Virus record (IMG/VR): IMGVR_UViG_3300035704_000011
Location: 1-55,941 of that record
Source: a virus
Taxonomy: Duplodnaviria > Caudoviricetes
Strand: one strand, 5' to 3'
DNA: 55,941 bases
Shown: piece by piece, positions 46,668-54,953 of the stretch
Layout of the letters: every line of letters starts with the position of its first letter
Numbering within the stretch: position 1 is the first letter of the stretch
The notes under the pieces: model-generated
The model's database searches: none
Seen by the model: the letters and a program-made list of their open reading frames with translations, nothing else
What the model was told of the DNA's origin: nothing
Made by a program: the position numbers and the translations under genes

Positions 46668-48672
46668 ACCGAAAACTGCGCTGGAAGCTGCGGAGAAATT
46701 ACGAGGGCTCGTTAGGGCCGCGATTACCGAGGCGCTGCGGCCGCCGCTGCGCATCAGCCTGCCGGAGTGGGCCGATACATACCGCCGGCTGTCGCGCGAC
46801 AGCGGCAGCATCGGCGGGGCCTGGCAGACGAGCCGCGTTGCGGTCGCGCGCGGCCCGATGATGGCGGTGACCGAGCCCGGGGTGCAGGTCATCACGCTGA
46901 TGGTCGCGACCCAGCTGCTCAAGACGAGCGTCTTGGAAAACGTCATCGGCTACTACGCGCACACCGACCCATGCCCGATGCTGCTGGTGCAGCCCAAGGA
47001 CGAAGCGGCCGACTCGTTCTCGAAGGAGCGCCTCGCGCCGATGATCGCGGCGACGCCGATCTTGCGCGAGCTGATGGGCGACCAGCGCACGCGGCGCTGG
47101 GAAAACACGCTGGGGTTTCGCAAATTCCCCGGCGGGTCTCTGGCGATCGTCTCGGCCGGAAGCCCGACCAACCTGGCGATGCGCGCGATCCGCGTCACCT
47201 TGCTCGACGAGATCGACAAATACGAGACGAGCAAGGAGGGCGACCCGGTCGGGCTCGCCGAGGAGCGCAGCGCCACCTTCACGACCCGGCGGCTGTCGAT
47301 CCGGGCCTGCTCGCCGACCTGGGAAGAGACCAGCCGGATCAACCGCTCTTACAACGAGAGCGACCAGCGGCGCGCCTTTGTCCCCTGCCCGCATTGTGGA
47401 CACTCACAAGACCTCGACTTCTTCCGGCACGTCCATTGGGAGAAATCCGAGGACGGCCGGCACCTACCCGAGACCGCGCATATCGGCTGCGAAAGCTGCG
47501 GCGTTGTGTGGAGCGAGGCCGAGCGGCTTCTCGCGCTGCAGCGGATCGAGTGGCGGCAGACCCGGAAAATCACCTGTTGCGGCGAGGCGCAGGACCCGCG
47601 CGCGACCCGGTCGTGGCTATGGGACGCCAAGACCGAGGTCGGTTATGCGACTTGCACGCATTGCGGCAAACGAGCGGTGCCGCACCGGCACGCCGGGTTT
47701 ACCGCATCGAAGCTCTACAGCCCATGGCTGACGGTCGTGGATCTGGCGAAGGCGTGGATCGTCGCCAAGGACGATCCGGAATCGAAGCAGACCTTCTACA
47801 ACACGCAACTCGCGCTGGCCTACAAGACCGAGGCGCTGAAGGAACTCGGGCACGAGGCGCTGCTGCGCCGCCGCGAGCATTGGGAAGCGGTGCCGGACGA
47901 GGTGCTGGTCATCAGCGCCGGCGTCGACATGCAGGACAACCGGCTCGAGGTCGAGGTCGTCGGCTGGGGGCTCGGCGAGGAAAGCTGGTCGCTGGCCTAT
48001 GAGATTTTCACCGGCGACCCGGCGAAGAATGAGGTTTGGAGCGAGCTCGACGAATTCCTGCTGGCGCCGCTGACGCGAGCCGACGGCAGGGCAATGGCTA
48101 TCCGCGCCGCCTGCATCGATAGCGGCGGTCACAACACGCAGGACGCCTACCGCTTCGCGCAGGCTCGCATCGGCCGCAATGTGTGGGCGATCAAGGGCGC
48201 CTCCGACCGCGCGCAATGGTCGCCGATCTGGCCGAGCTCGACGCGGTCGAAGGGCGGTCGCTACCGCGCCGGCTATCGGCCTATCATCCTTGGCGTCAAC
48301 GCCGCCAAAGAGGCGGTTCGCCAGCGCCTACTGATCGCCGAGCCGGGACCCGGATATTGCCATTTCCCGGTCGGACGATCGGCCGGCTATTTCGAGCAGC
48401 TGACCAGCGAGCGGCTGGTCATCGAGCGCAAGGGCGGCACGTTGCTGCGCCGCTGGGTTTTGCCGGCGCACCGCGCTGCCGAGGCGCTCGACTGCCGGGT
48501 CTACGCCTATGCAGCCCTGTGGGGTCTCTATCACCTGCGCCGCCTGCGGCTCGATCGCGCCGCGCAGCTGATCAACGATGCGCCGCCGGCGGTCGCTGCG
48601 CACGCAGCGGCGCCGACGGCAGGCGCAACCATGCGGCCGCGCTCGCGGCACAGCAACTTCGTCAGAGGTTAA
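46660..48672 (+). CDS. Terminase large subunit (lambda gpA family)
   Basis: TQLLKT (variant Walker A), LLDEID, CSPT, GVDMQ, CIDSGG, EALDCRVYA. Confidence 0.95.
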   Translation: MAEPKTALEAAEKLRGLVRAAITEALRPPLRISLPEWADTYRRLSRDSGSIGGAWQTSRVAVARGPMMAVTEPGVQVITLMVATQLLKTSVLENVIGYYAHTDPCPMLLVQPKDEAADSFSKERLAPMIAATPILRELMGDQRTRRWENTLGFRKFPGGSLAIVSAGSPTNLAMRAIRVTLLDEIDKYETSKEGDPVGLAEERSATFTTRRLSIRACSPTWEETSRINRSYNESDQRRAFVPCPHCGHSQDLDFFRHVHWEKSEDGRHLPETAHIGCESCGVVWSEAERLLALQRIEWRQTRKITCCGEAQDPRATRSWLWDAKTEVGYATCTHCGKRAVPHRHAGFTASKLYSPWLTVVDLAKAWIVAKDDPESKQTFYNTQLALAYKTEALKELGHEALLRRREHWEAVPDEVLVISAGVDMQDNRLEVEVVGWGLGEESWSLAYEIFTGDPAKNEVWSELDEFLLAPLTRADGRAMAIRAACIDSGGHNTQDAYRFAQARIGRNVWAIKGASDRAQWSPIWPSSTRSKGGRYRAGYRPIILGVNAAKEAVRQRLLIAEPGPGYCHFPVGRSAGYFEQLTSERLVIERKGGTLLRRWVLPAHRAAEALDCRVYAYAALWGLYHLRRLRLDRAAQLINDAPPAVAAHAAAPTAGATMRPRSRHSNFVRG

Positions 48673-48676
48673 GCAA

Positions 48677-49084
48677 ATGAAGGTTATGAAAGCTGTCCTG
48701 ACCTGGGGCATGCCAGCCACGCTGGCCTTGCTGGTCTCGTGCTCGCCTGCAATGGCGGCCAGCACGACGACGTCGAACGTAGTGATTACCGTCAAGCACT
48801 CTGCGGCGGTCATCGCTGTGGCGCCTAGCGCACCAAGTATTTTCGACGACCTCGCCGCCGGCCAGATCGTCTTTGTCGCGACGGTGACGATGACGAATGG
48901 AAAGGCTTTCGCCGGCCAGGTCAGCTTTTCCGATCCCAGCAATGTGTTCAGCCTAGTGCCGGCGAGCCCTCAAACGACACCCCCATCGTGGAACGTGGTT
49001 GTGGGCGCAAACGGTCTGCTGAGCATGATCCCGGCGGGCCAAGCGCAAATTATTGACACCGTGTCGATCACCGCGAAGCCGTAA
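48677..49084 (+). CDS. Exported cadherin/Ig-like protein (moron)
   Basis: Signal peptide ending AMA-A; beta-sandwich resembling C-terminus of 7125-7886. Confidence 0.65.
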   Translation: MKVMKAVLTWGMPATLALLVSCSPAMAASTTTSNVVITVKHSAAVIAVAPSAPSIFDDLAAGQIVFVATVTMTNGKAFAGQVSFSDPSNVFSLVPASPQTTPPSWNVVVGANGLLSMIPAGQAQIIDTVSITAKP

Positions 49085-49088
49085 AAAA

Positions 49089-49298
49089 ATGGCGGATGAT
49101 GCTGCGAGCCAGCTCGCCGCGCTCAAGAAAGCAAGAGCCAGCGGTGTGCTGACCGTGCACCACGGCGACACGTCGACGACGTTCCGCACGCTGGCGGAAA
49201 TCGACTCGATCGTCCGCAGCCTCGAAGCCGAAGCCGAGGCCGCCAGCAGCCCGCGCCCTCGGTTGCGCTACGCGGTTCAGCTGACCAAGGGCCTCTGA
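49089..49298 (+). CDS. Head completion protein (gpW-like)
   Basis: QLAALKKARASGVLTV.HGD....FRTLAEI. Confidence 0.88.
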   Translation: MADDAASQLAALKKARASGVLTVHHGDTSTTFRTLAEIDSIVRSLEAEAEAASSPRPRLRYAVQLTKGL

Positions 49299-49307
49299 AG
49301 GATAGCG

Positions 49308-50198
49308 TCAGGCCGCTGCGCGCGGCGTGTCTTCGGCGGGATGCACGCGCAATCTGGGCTCCAAATCAGAGCCGGCATCCCGCCACGCCCGCCACAGATC
49401 GCGCAGCAGGCGCTTTGTCATATAGCGGCGCGCGTCGGCATCGGCGTGCGCCGGGGTCCAGCCGCGGGCCAGCACCCAGGCCTTGCGCTCGGCGTAGGCC
49501 TCGCCGTAGGGACCGATCGGGTGGGCTGGCGCATCGTCCTTGGCGCCGCGCCACTGCGCGCGGAACAGCACGTCGGAGCAGAAGACCCAGACCTCGGCGC
49601 GGCGTTGCCGGTTGTAGCCATGCCGGATCCAGTCATCCTTGGTGGCGCCCTCGCCGGGGCTGCCCTGGCGGTGACCGTCGAAGACCGCGAGGCCGAGCCG
49701 CTTCCACAGCTTTGCGGGGTTGGCATAATTGCCGAGATCGCCGGCCTCGCCGACGATAACGGCAAGGCCGAGCTCGCCGAAGCCGCGGACGGCGTGGACG
49801 AACGAGATTGCCGGCAATGCGCGAGCCAGCTTGATCATGCGCTTCTCGACATCGCCGCGCAGCTGGTCCCAGGTGGCGCGCGACGCCGCCGATGCGATGA
49901 CCAGACGCGGCAGGTCGCTATTCGCCGGGAACTGGTCGATCTTGCCGCCCTCGATCTCGCGGCGCAGCTTTGCGGCTGCGCTGAAGAGCGCCTTCCGCTC
50001 GGCTGGGACAAGGCTGGTATGGTAGCCCGACGACCGCGCCAGCAGCGCCTCGATCGAACGATCGCAGCGCTGCTGCTGGCGGATGCAAAAGATCCTGTGG
50101 CGTTGCCGCTCAATAAGATTTTCGCAGGCCTCGCTGACGGACATGTTCCCCAAGGGGGGCAGCGTCGACCCGGTCCGTCCGGCGCGGTCGTCAGGCAT
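49308..50198 (-). CDS. IS110/Nop-fold RNA-binding protein without nuclease domain (TasA-like); alternative start at 50144
   Basis: Coiled coil, VRGFGELGLAVIVGEAGDLGNYANPAKLWKRLGL, YNRQRR, ARRYMTKRLLRDLWRAW match the IS110 C-terminal half; no DEDD RuvC or HNH. Confidence 0.82.
   Translation of the reverse strand: MPDDRAGRTGSTLPPLGNMSVSEACENLIERQRHRIFCIRQQQRCDRSIEALLARSSGYHTSLVPAERKALFSAAAKLRREIEGGKIDQFPANSDLPRLVIASAASRATWDQLRGDVEKRMIKLARALPAISFVHAVRGFGELGLAVIVGEAGDLGNYANPAKLWKRLGLAVFDGHRQGSPGEGATKDDWIRHGYNRQRRAEVWVFCSDVLFRAQWRGAKDDAPAHPIGPYGEAYAERKAWVLARGWTPAHADADARRYMTKRLLRDLWRAWRDAGSDLEPRLRVHPAEDTPRAAA
49335..49384 (-). ncRNA. Guide-like hairpin unit 5 (3' end of Tas-like gene)
   Basis: GGCGGGATGC-CG-gctctgatt-TGGAGCCCA-gattgcgcg-T-GCATCCCGCC. 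Confidence 0.8.
50136..50179 (-). ncRNA. Guide-like hairpin unit 4 (5' end of Tas-like gene)
   Basis: GACGGAC-CG-ggtcgacgc-TGCCCCCCT-tggggaaca-T-GTCCGTC. Confidence 0.7.
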
Positions 50199-50862
50199 TC
50201 GGCGCGCTGGTCGCGAGTTTCCAGCAGAGCATGATCTCGTCGTCGGAGCGCTCGCCGATCAGCATCGAATCGGGCATGCCCTCCGTGACCAGGGCGGCAA
50301 AGCGCACCCATGCGCCTTGGGCGAGGCCCCAGGCGCGCAGCTCGCCGGCCGAGAGCTGCGCGAGCTGTTTGCCGTTGATGACATGGTCGAGCAGGAAGCA
50401 GCGCTTGGCTCGCTCGACCGCAGCCTGAGCCGCGGTTGATGGCCCAGCTGGCGGACGGGCATCACGGCTTTGGGTATCAATTGCGGAACGGCCCGTCGCG
50501 CTCGGCTGGGTTTGGTGTGGTCTAGCCGCGGGCTGGGCATGCGGGGGCTGGGCATCGTGCCCTTTATGGCCTGACCCGGGGCTGGATTTCGCTTTGTTGC
50601 GCTCACGCATTTCGTGCAGCACCTGTCTGAACAGGTGGAGCATGGCCGGCCCGCGGACCTCGGCGACGAGCTCCCAGATCAGCGCTGCGGCATCATCGTC
50701 GGCGAGCAGCGTCTGCTCGAAAACGACGAGAGACGGCTCGGGGATGCCCTTGCCGATGCGGATCGCTGCCGCCATGAGCGAGCGCAGCCGCTCGGCGGCC
50801 GTCTGAAACCCGGCTGCCCGCATGGCGGTGCCGACGGTCGTGGGTGTTTCGATCTCTTGCAC
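50191..50862 (-). CDS. Tas-associated hypothetical protein whose linker is encoded by two guide units
   Basis: GTG start with AGAGGGGGA RBS; two helical domains joined by a P/Q/H/A-rich linker. Confidence 0.75.
   Translation of the reverse strand: MQEIETPTTVGTAMRAAGFQTAAERLRSLMAAAIRIGKGIPEPSLVVFEQTLLADDDAAALIWELVAEVRGPAMLHLFRQVLHEMRERNKAKSSPGSGHKGHDAQPPHAQPAARPHQTQPSATGRSAIDTQSRDARPPAGPSTAAQAAVERAKRCFLLDHVINGKQLAQLSAGELRAWGLAQGAWVRFAALVTEGMPDSMLIGERSDDEIMLCWKLATSAPNA
50454..50497 (-). ncRNA. Guide-like hairpin unit 3
   Basis: GACGGGC-CG-ttccgcaat-TGATACCCA-aagccgtga-T-GCCCGTC. Confidence 0.82.
50530..50577 (-). ncRNA. Guide-like hairpin unit 2
   Basis: GGGTCAGGC-CA-taaagggca-CGATGCCCA-gcccccgca-T-GCCCAGCCC (imperfect stem). 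Confidence 0.72.
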
Positions 50863-50879
50863 AGGCTTCCCCCTCTGCT

Positions 50880-50933
50880 GCGGGTCGCGGCATCAGTGAA
50901 ATGGGCGGCAAACTTATTAGGGCCGCAACCCGC
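50880..50933 (-). ncRNA. Guide-like hairpin unit 1 (5' leader)
   Basis: GCGGGTTGCGGC-CC-taataagtt-TGCCGCCCA-tttcactga-T-GCCGCGACCCGC. Confidence 0.8.
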
Positions 50934-50939
50934 GGGCCG

Positions 50940-50968
50940 AGAGTAGCAATCGCGAGAGGGTGACGCAA
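50940..50968 (-). promoter_or_regulatory. Sigma70-type promoter of the Tas-like moron
   Basis: -35 TTGCGT (50968-50963), 17 bp, extended -10 TGcTACTCT (50945-50940); predicted +1 near 50933. Confidence 0.7.
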
Positions 50969-50973
50969 CGCAA

Positions 50974-52515
50974 ATGCCACTGGACGGGCCGCGCATCCTC
51001 GACCGGTACGGCAATCCGGCGCGCCGCGCCACCGGGCTCAACCCCGGCGCCATCGGCGGAACCGCCGCATCGCCGCATGCCTCGTGGGATGCCGGCCAGA
51101 CCGGGCGCCGCCTCAGCGCGATCCCGACCGCGGCGCGCTCGATCAACACGCTGCTGCGCAGCTATGGCAAGGCGGTGCTGGCGCGGTCGCGCTACCTGGC
51201 GGCTAACAACCCTTATGCCGCGGCGGCGCGCGAGGCCTACATCAGCTCGATGGTCGGCTCGGGCATTATCCCGTCGCCGAATTTCGACGACGCGAAATTG
51301 AAGGCGACGGTCAATCAGGTCTGGGATGACTGGACCGACGAGGCGGACGCCGACTGGATCACCAATTTCTACGGGCTGCAGTCGATCATTGCCGGCGAGC
51401 TCTTCGAGGCCGGCGAGGTCTTTGTCCGGTTCCGCCCGCGCATGCAGCAGGACGGTTTTATCGTGCCGCTGCAATTGCAGGTGCTGCCGGCCGAGATGCT
51501 CGATGCGAACTGGAACCGGAACCTCAACCTCGGCAACGGCAGCCGTATCGAGTGTGGCATCGAGTTCGATGCGATCGGGCGACGCCGCGCCTACCACTTC
51601 TGGGCCACGTTCCCCGGCACCGACCAATATTTCGGGGTGGGCCCATGGACCCGGATCGCGGTGCCCGCCGACCAGATCCTGCACATCTACCGGCCGATCC
51701 GCGCCGGCCAGCTGCGCGGGATCCCGCACACCCTCTCGATGATCACGACCTTGGCGTTGCTTGATCTCTACGACGACGCCGAGCTCGAGCGGAAGCGCGT
51801 CGCGGCGCTCTTCGGCGCCTTTATCACGCGGCCCGACCGCGACGACGAGGACCACCCGCTCGGGATGGCGCAGAACCTGACGACACCGCGCGGCGACGTG
51901 CAGCCGAGCCCGGCGCTGGAGCCGGGTGTGACGGTCGATCTGGCGCCCGGCGAGGACATCAAATTTGCCGAGCCGGCCGATGTCGGCAGCACCTATGAGC
52001 CATTCCAGTACCGCTGCCTGCTGCGGGCCGCCGCCGGCGCCGGCATACTCTATTCGGACATGACCGGGGACCTGCGGCGCACCTCGTTCGGATCGATCCG
52101 CGCCGGCCTCATCGCGCACCGCCGGCGCGTCGACACACTGCAGCAGTCGGTGATCATCTATCAGCTGTGCCAGCGGGTCTATAACCGTTGGTGGACTGAG
52201 GCGGTGTTAGCCGGCGCGTTGCCGGTCAGCCCGGCCGATTTTGCGGCCAATCAGCGGATGTACCGCCGCGCCGACTGGATCCCGCCGAAATGGGACTGGA
52301 TCGACCCGCTGAAGGACATCGAAGCCGAGCAGCTCGCGGTGCAGAACGGATTCAAGTCGCGCAGCGCCGTCATCAAAGGGACGGGACTGGACCCGGCGAT
52401 CGTCGACATGGAACGAAAACAGGATTTCGAGCGCGAGACGAGGCTCGGCCTGCCGCATACAGAGGCCCAGCCGCCGCCGCCGGTTCCGGCCGGCGCGAGC
52501 GGGCCATCGGAGTGA
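50974..52515 (+). CDS. Portal protein (lambda family)
   Basis: ARSRYLAANNPYA, RAGQLRGIP, TGDL....FGSIRAG, WDWIDPLKD. Confidence 0.95.
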   Translation: MPLDGPRILDRYGNPARRATGLNPGAIGGTAASPHASWDAGQTGRRLSAIPTAARSINTLLRSYGKAVLARSRYLAANNPYAAAAREAYISSMVGSGIIPSPNFDDAKLKATVNQVWDDWTDEADADWITNFYGLQSIIAGELFEAGEVFVRFRPRMQQDGFIVPLQLQVLPAEMLDANWNRNLNLGNGSRIECGIEFDAIGRRRAYHFWATFPGTDQYFGVGPWTRIAVPADQILHIYRPIRAGQLRGIPHTLSMITTLALLDLYDDAELERKRVAALFGAFITRPDRDDEDHPLGMAQNLTTPRGDVQPSPALEPGVTVDLAPGEDIKFAEPADVGSTYEPFQYRCLLRAAAGAGILYSDMTGDLRRTSFGSIRAGLIAHRRRVDTLQQSVIIYQLCQRVYNRWWTEAVLAGALPVSPADFAANQRMYRRADWIPPKWDWIDPLKDIEAEQLAVQNGFKSRSAVIKGTGLDPAIVDMERKQDFERETRLGLPHTEAQPPPPVPAGASGPSE

Positions 52516-52527
52516 CGGATACGGTTG

Positions 52528-52665
52528 TCAGTGGAGCCATCCTCGCACCATATCGACGAACTGAATCACGTCCATCGTAAACCACACTAGCACAAAGACG
52601 CCCGCCGCAGTGATCTGGCGCGGCGTCAGTGATTGGCCGGAAAGGATACGATGAAGAGCTTCCAT
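52528..52665 (-). CDS. Small membrane protein (antisense moron)
   Basis: 45 aa with one TM segment; TATTCT just upstream. Confidence 0.45.
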   Translation of the reverse strand: MEALHRILSGQSLTPRQITAAGVFVLVWFTMDVIQFVDMVRGWLH

Positions 52666-52716
52666 GAGGCGCGAGAATAGCGCTAACCGCCTCGAAAAAG
52701 CACAGTGCTTAGCAGC

Positions 52717-52740
52717 AAGCCGCCTTTTGGGCGGCTTTTG
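52717..52740 (+). terminator. Terminator-like hairpin
   Basis: AAGCCGCC-tttt-g-GGCGGCTT-TT. Confidence 0.6.
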
Positions 52741-52757
52741 CATTTCAGGGACAGCAA

Positions 52758-53900
52758 ATGGCGAAAAAGACGTGGTTCTCCGCTGCGGCGGGAGCCAATG
52801 GCACGGCCGATATCGCGATTTACGACGATATCGGCTCCTGGGGAGTCACTTCGGGTGATTTTCGCGACGCGCTGGCCGCCGTCGGGCCGGTCGACACGAT
52901 CAAATTGCGGCTGAATTCGCGCGGTGGCGACGTATTCGACGGGATCGCGATCCACAACATGCTGGCGCGCCATCCAGCCAAGGTCAACGTCACCGTCGAC
53001 GGCGTCGCCGCCTCGATCGCCAGCATCATCGCGATGGCCGGCGACGAAGTGACGATGCCGGAAAACGCGACGATGTTCATCCACAACCCCTTCGCCCTCG
53101 CGATGGGTGACGCGACCGTCATGGCCGAGATGTCCGACGCCCTCGACAAGCTCGGTCGGGGTATGGCGGCGACCTATGCACGCAAGACCGGGCAGGAGCC
53201 CGAGGCGATGCTGGCGGTGATGAATGCCAACACCTGGATGACTGCGCAGGAGGCCAAAGACAAAGGGTTTGCGGATGTCGTGGCCGCGCCGGCAAAGATC
53301 GTGGCGCGGTTCGATCTGCGGCACCTGGCGCCTCCCGCCGCGATCGTCGCGCAGCTGCAAGCGGCCTACGACCCAGACGGCGACGGCGACGACGATGTGC
53401 TCGAGTGCCTCGGCTTTATCGGCAAGGCCATCGATAACCTGGCGGACGCGGTCGGGTGCCTGACCGGCGCCGGCGATCCGGATGATGACAGCGAGCCGGC
53501 GCCCCCGGCGATGGCATCGCTACGCAAGGCCTTGCGCGCGGCCCTTTCAGCGCTCCCGCAGGCGGCCGCAGACGCCCCCGCCGTCTACCTGACAGGAGAT
53601 CTGGCGTCCTTTCCCGCGAACAGCGGCGAGGCCGAGCAAAATGGCGGCGGCAAAGAGACCCGGGCCGAGGAGATGATCCAGATCTCCGCCGCCTGCAAGC
53701 TCGCCGGGCTATCGGATCTCGCAACGGAATTTATGCAATCGGGCAAGAGCCTGGTGCAGGTGCAATCCGAGCTTCTGAAGCTGCGGGCCAATCGTGGCGA
53801 CGGCTCCGATGGCGAAATCGGCTCGCGCCACAACCCGATCTCCCGCGACCTGACCGAGACCTGGGCGAAGACGCTGGACAAGATTAACGCAAGGAACTGA
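52758..53900 (+). CDS. ClpP-type prohead protease with scaffold region
   Basis: LNSRGGDVFDG, DGVAASIASII, MFIHNP, TWMTAQEA. Confidence 0.93.
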   Translation: MAKKTWFSAAAGANGTADIAIYDDIGSWGVTSGDFRDALAAVGPVDTIKLRLNSRGGDVFDGIAIHNMLARHPAKVNVTVDGVAASIASIIAMAGDEVTMPENATMFIHNPFALAMGDATVMAEMSDALDKLGRGMAATYARKTGQEPEAMLAVMNANTWMTAQEAKDKGFADVVAAPAKIVARFDLRHLAPPAAIVAQLQAAYDPDGDGDDDVLECLGFIGKAIDNLADAVGCLTGAGDPDDDSEPAPPAMASLRKALRAALSALPQAAADAPAVYLTGDLASFPANSGEAEQNGGGKETRAEEMIQISAACKLAGLSDLATEFMQSGKSLVQVQSELLKLRANRGDGSDGEIGSRHNPISRDLTETWAKTLDKINARN

Positions 53901-53904
53901 GCAA

Positions 53905-54459
53905 ATGAGCACACTCGAATGGAACCCGCCGCCCGGCGCCTTCATCCTCTCCGAAGCCAATGCCATGCGCGCGCGAGAGAATTACCCTCTCTCGCTGGGC
54001 AAGACGCTGAAGGCCGGCGGTGTAGCCAAAGTCGAGCCGGCGGTCGACCTGACGACGACAGCCAGCACGCATACGAACAAGACCCTGGACACACTGGCGG
54101 CGGTGACCGACCTGGTCGTGGGCGATGTTTATGCGATCAGTGGAACGGGGATCCCGACCGGCACGACGTTCACATACACAGGGACAAGCGCCGGGACCCT
54201 GAGCGCCGCGGCGACCGCCAGCGGAACCGGCGTTTCGATGCACATAACCAAGCCCGCCGGTGTCGGCCCGTGGCTGGTCGTGGGAGACACCCCGGCGGGC
54301 GTCTCGATTTATGACATGGACGCGACCGCCGCTGCGCTGATGGGCTCGTTTATCGCCCGCGACGCCGAGGTCAACCTCAAGCTGCTCGTCTTCCCCGCCG
54401 ACAGCGACGCCGATGTCGTCTCCGATCTCGCCGGTCTCGGCATCGTCTGCCGCAACTGA
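53905..54459 (+). CDS. Head decoration protein (gpD-like) with inserted beta domain
   Basis: FILSEAN..RARE and ARDAEVN...L..LGIVCR ends; Thr-rich insert. Confidence 0.82.
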   Translation: MSTLEWNPPPGAFILSEANAMRARENYPLSLGKTLKAGGVAKVEPAVDLTTTASTHTNKTLDTLAAVTDLVVGDVYAISGTGIPTGTTFTYTGTSAGTLSAAATASGTGVSMHITKPAGVGPWLVVGDTPAGVSIYDMDATAAALMGSFIARDAEVNLKLLVFPADSDADVVSDLAGLGIVCRN

Positions 54460-54470
54460 GGGAGCTAAAG

Positions 54471-54884
54471 ATGACAATCTCCCCACAGGATCTTGCTGCC
54501 GCGATTGCCCAGGGCGATGCGCCCGCCGACCAGGTCGGAGCCTCCGGCCTGCAAGCCGCCTCGAACCTCTCCGACCTGGCCAGCGCGGGAACCGCACGGA
54601 CCAATCTCGGGCTCGGCACGGCGGCGGTGCGCAATCTTGCCGCTGTGTTTCTCAAAAAGGCCCTCGTCGCCGGGGCCGCCGCCGGCAATATCACGGTCAC
54701 CGGCATCAAGACCACCGATGCGCTATCGCTGGTGCTGCAGTTTATCGGCGCCGGGACTGCGGTGACCGATGTCACCGACCTGACGAGCGAATTCACGATC
54801 AGCGCCACGAACACCATCAACAACACCAGCGGCACCGCGAGCACCGGCGACAAGCTGCTCGTCGTCTGGGTAGCCGCCAGCTAA
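54471..54884 (+). CDS. Head fibre/decoration protein
   Basis: NLSDLASAGTARTNLGLGTAA fibre motif; between gpD and capsid genes. Confidence 0.6.
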   Translation: MTISPQDLAAAIAQGDAPADQVGASGLQAASNLSDLASAGTARTNLGLGTAAVRNLAAVFLKKALVAGAAAGNITVTGIKTTDALSLVLQFIGAGTAVTDVTDLTSEFTISATNTINNTSGTASTGDKLLVVWVAAS

Positions 54885-54906
54885 ACGGCGCAATTTTCCG
54901 CCTAGC

Positions 54907-54930
54907 AAAGCCGCCTTCGGGCGGCTTTTT
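54907..54930 (+). terminator. Terminator-like hairpin before capsid gene
   Basis: AAAGCCGCC-ttcg-GGCGGCTTT-TT. Confidence 0.7.
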
Positions 54931-54953
54931 CATTTTTCAGGAGTCCGGCCAAA

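Noticed and set aside
49308-50198. Active IS110 insertion sequence or decayed transposase
   Set aside because: The N-terminal DEDD RuvC domain is cleanly absent, the ORF is intact and operonic with a partner gene, and the RNA elements are five short dual-9-nt hairpins rather than one bridge RNA
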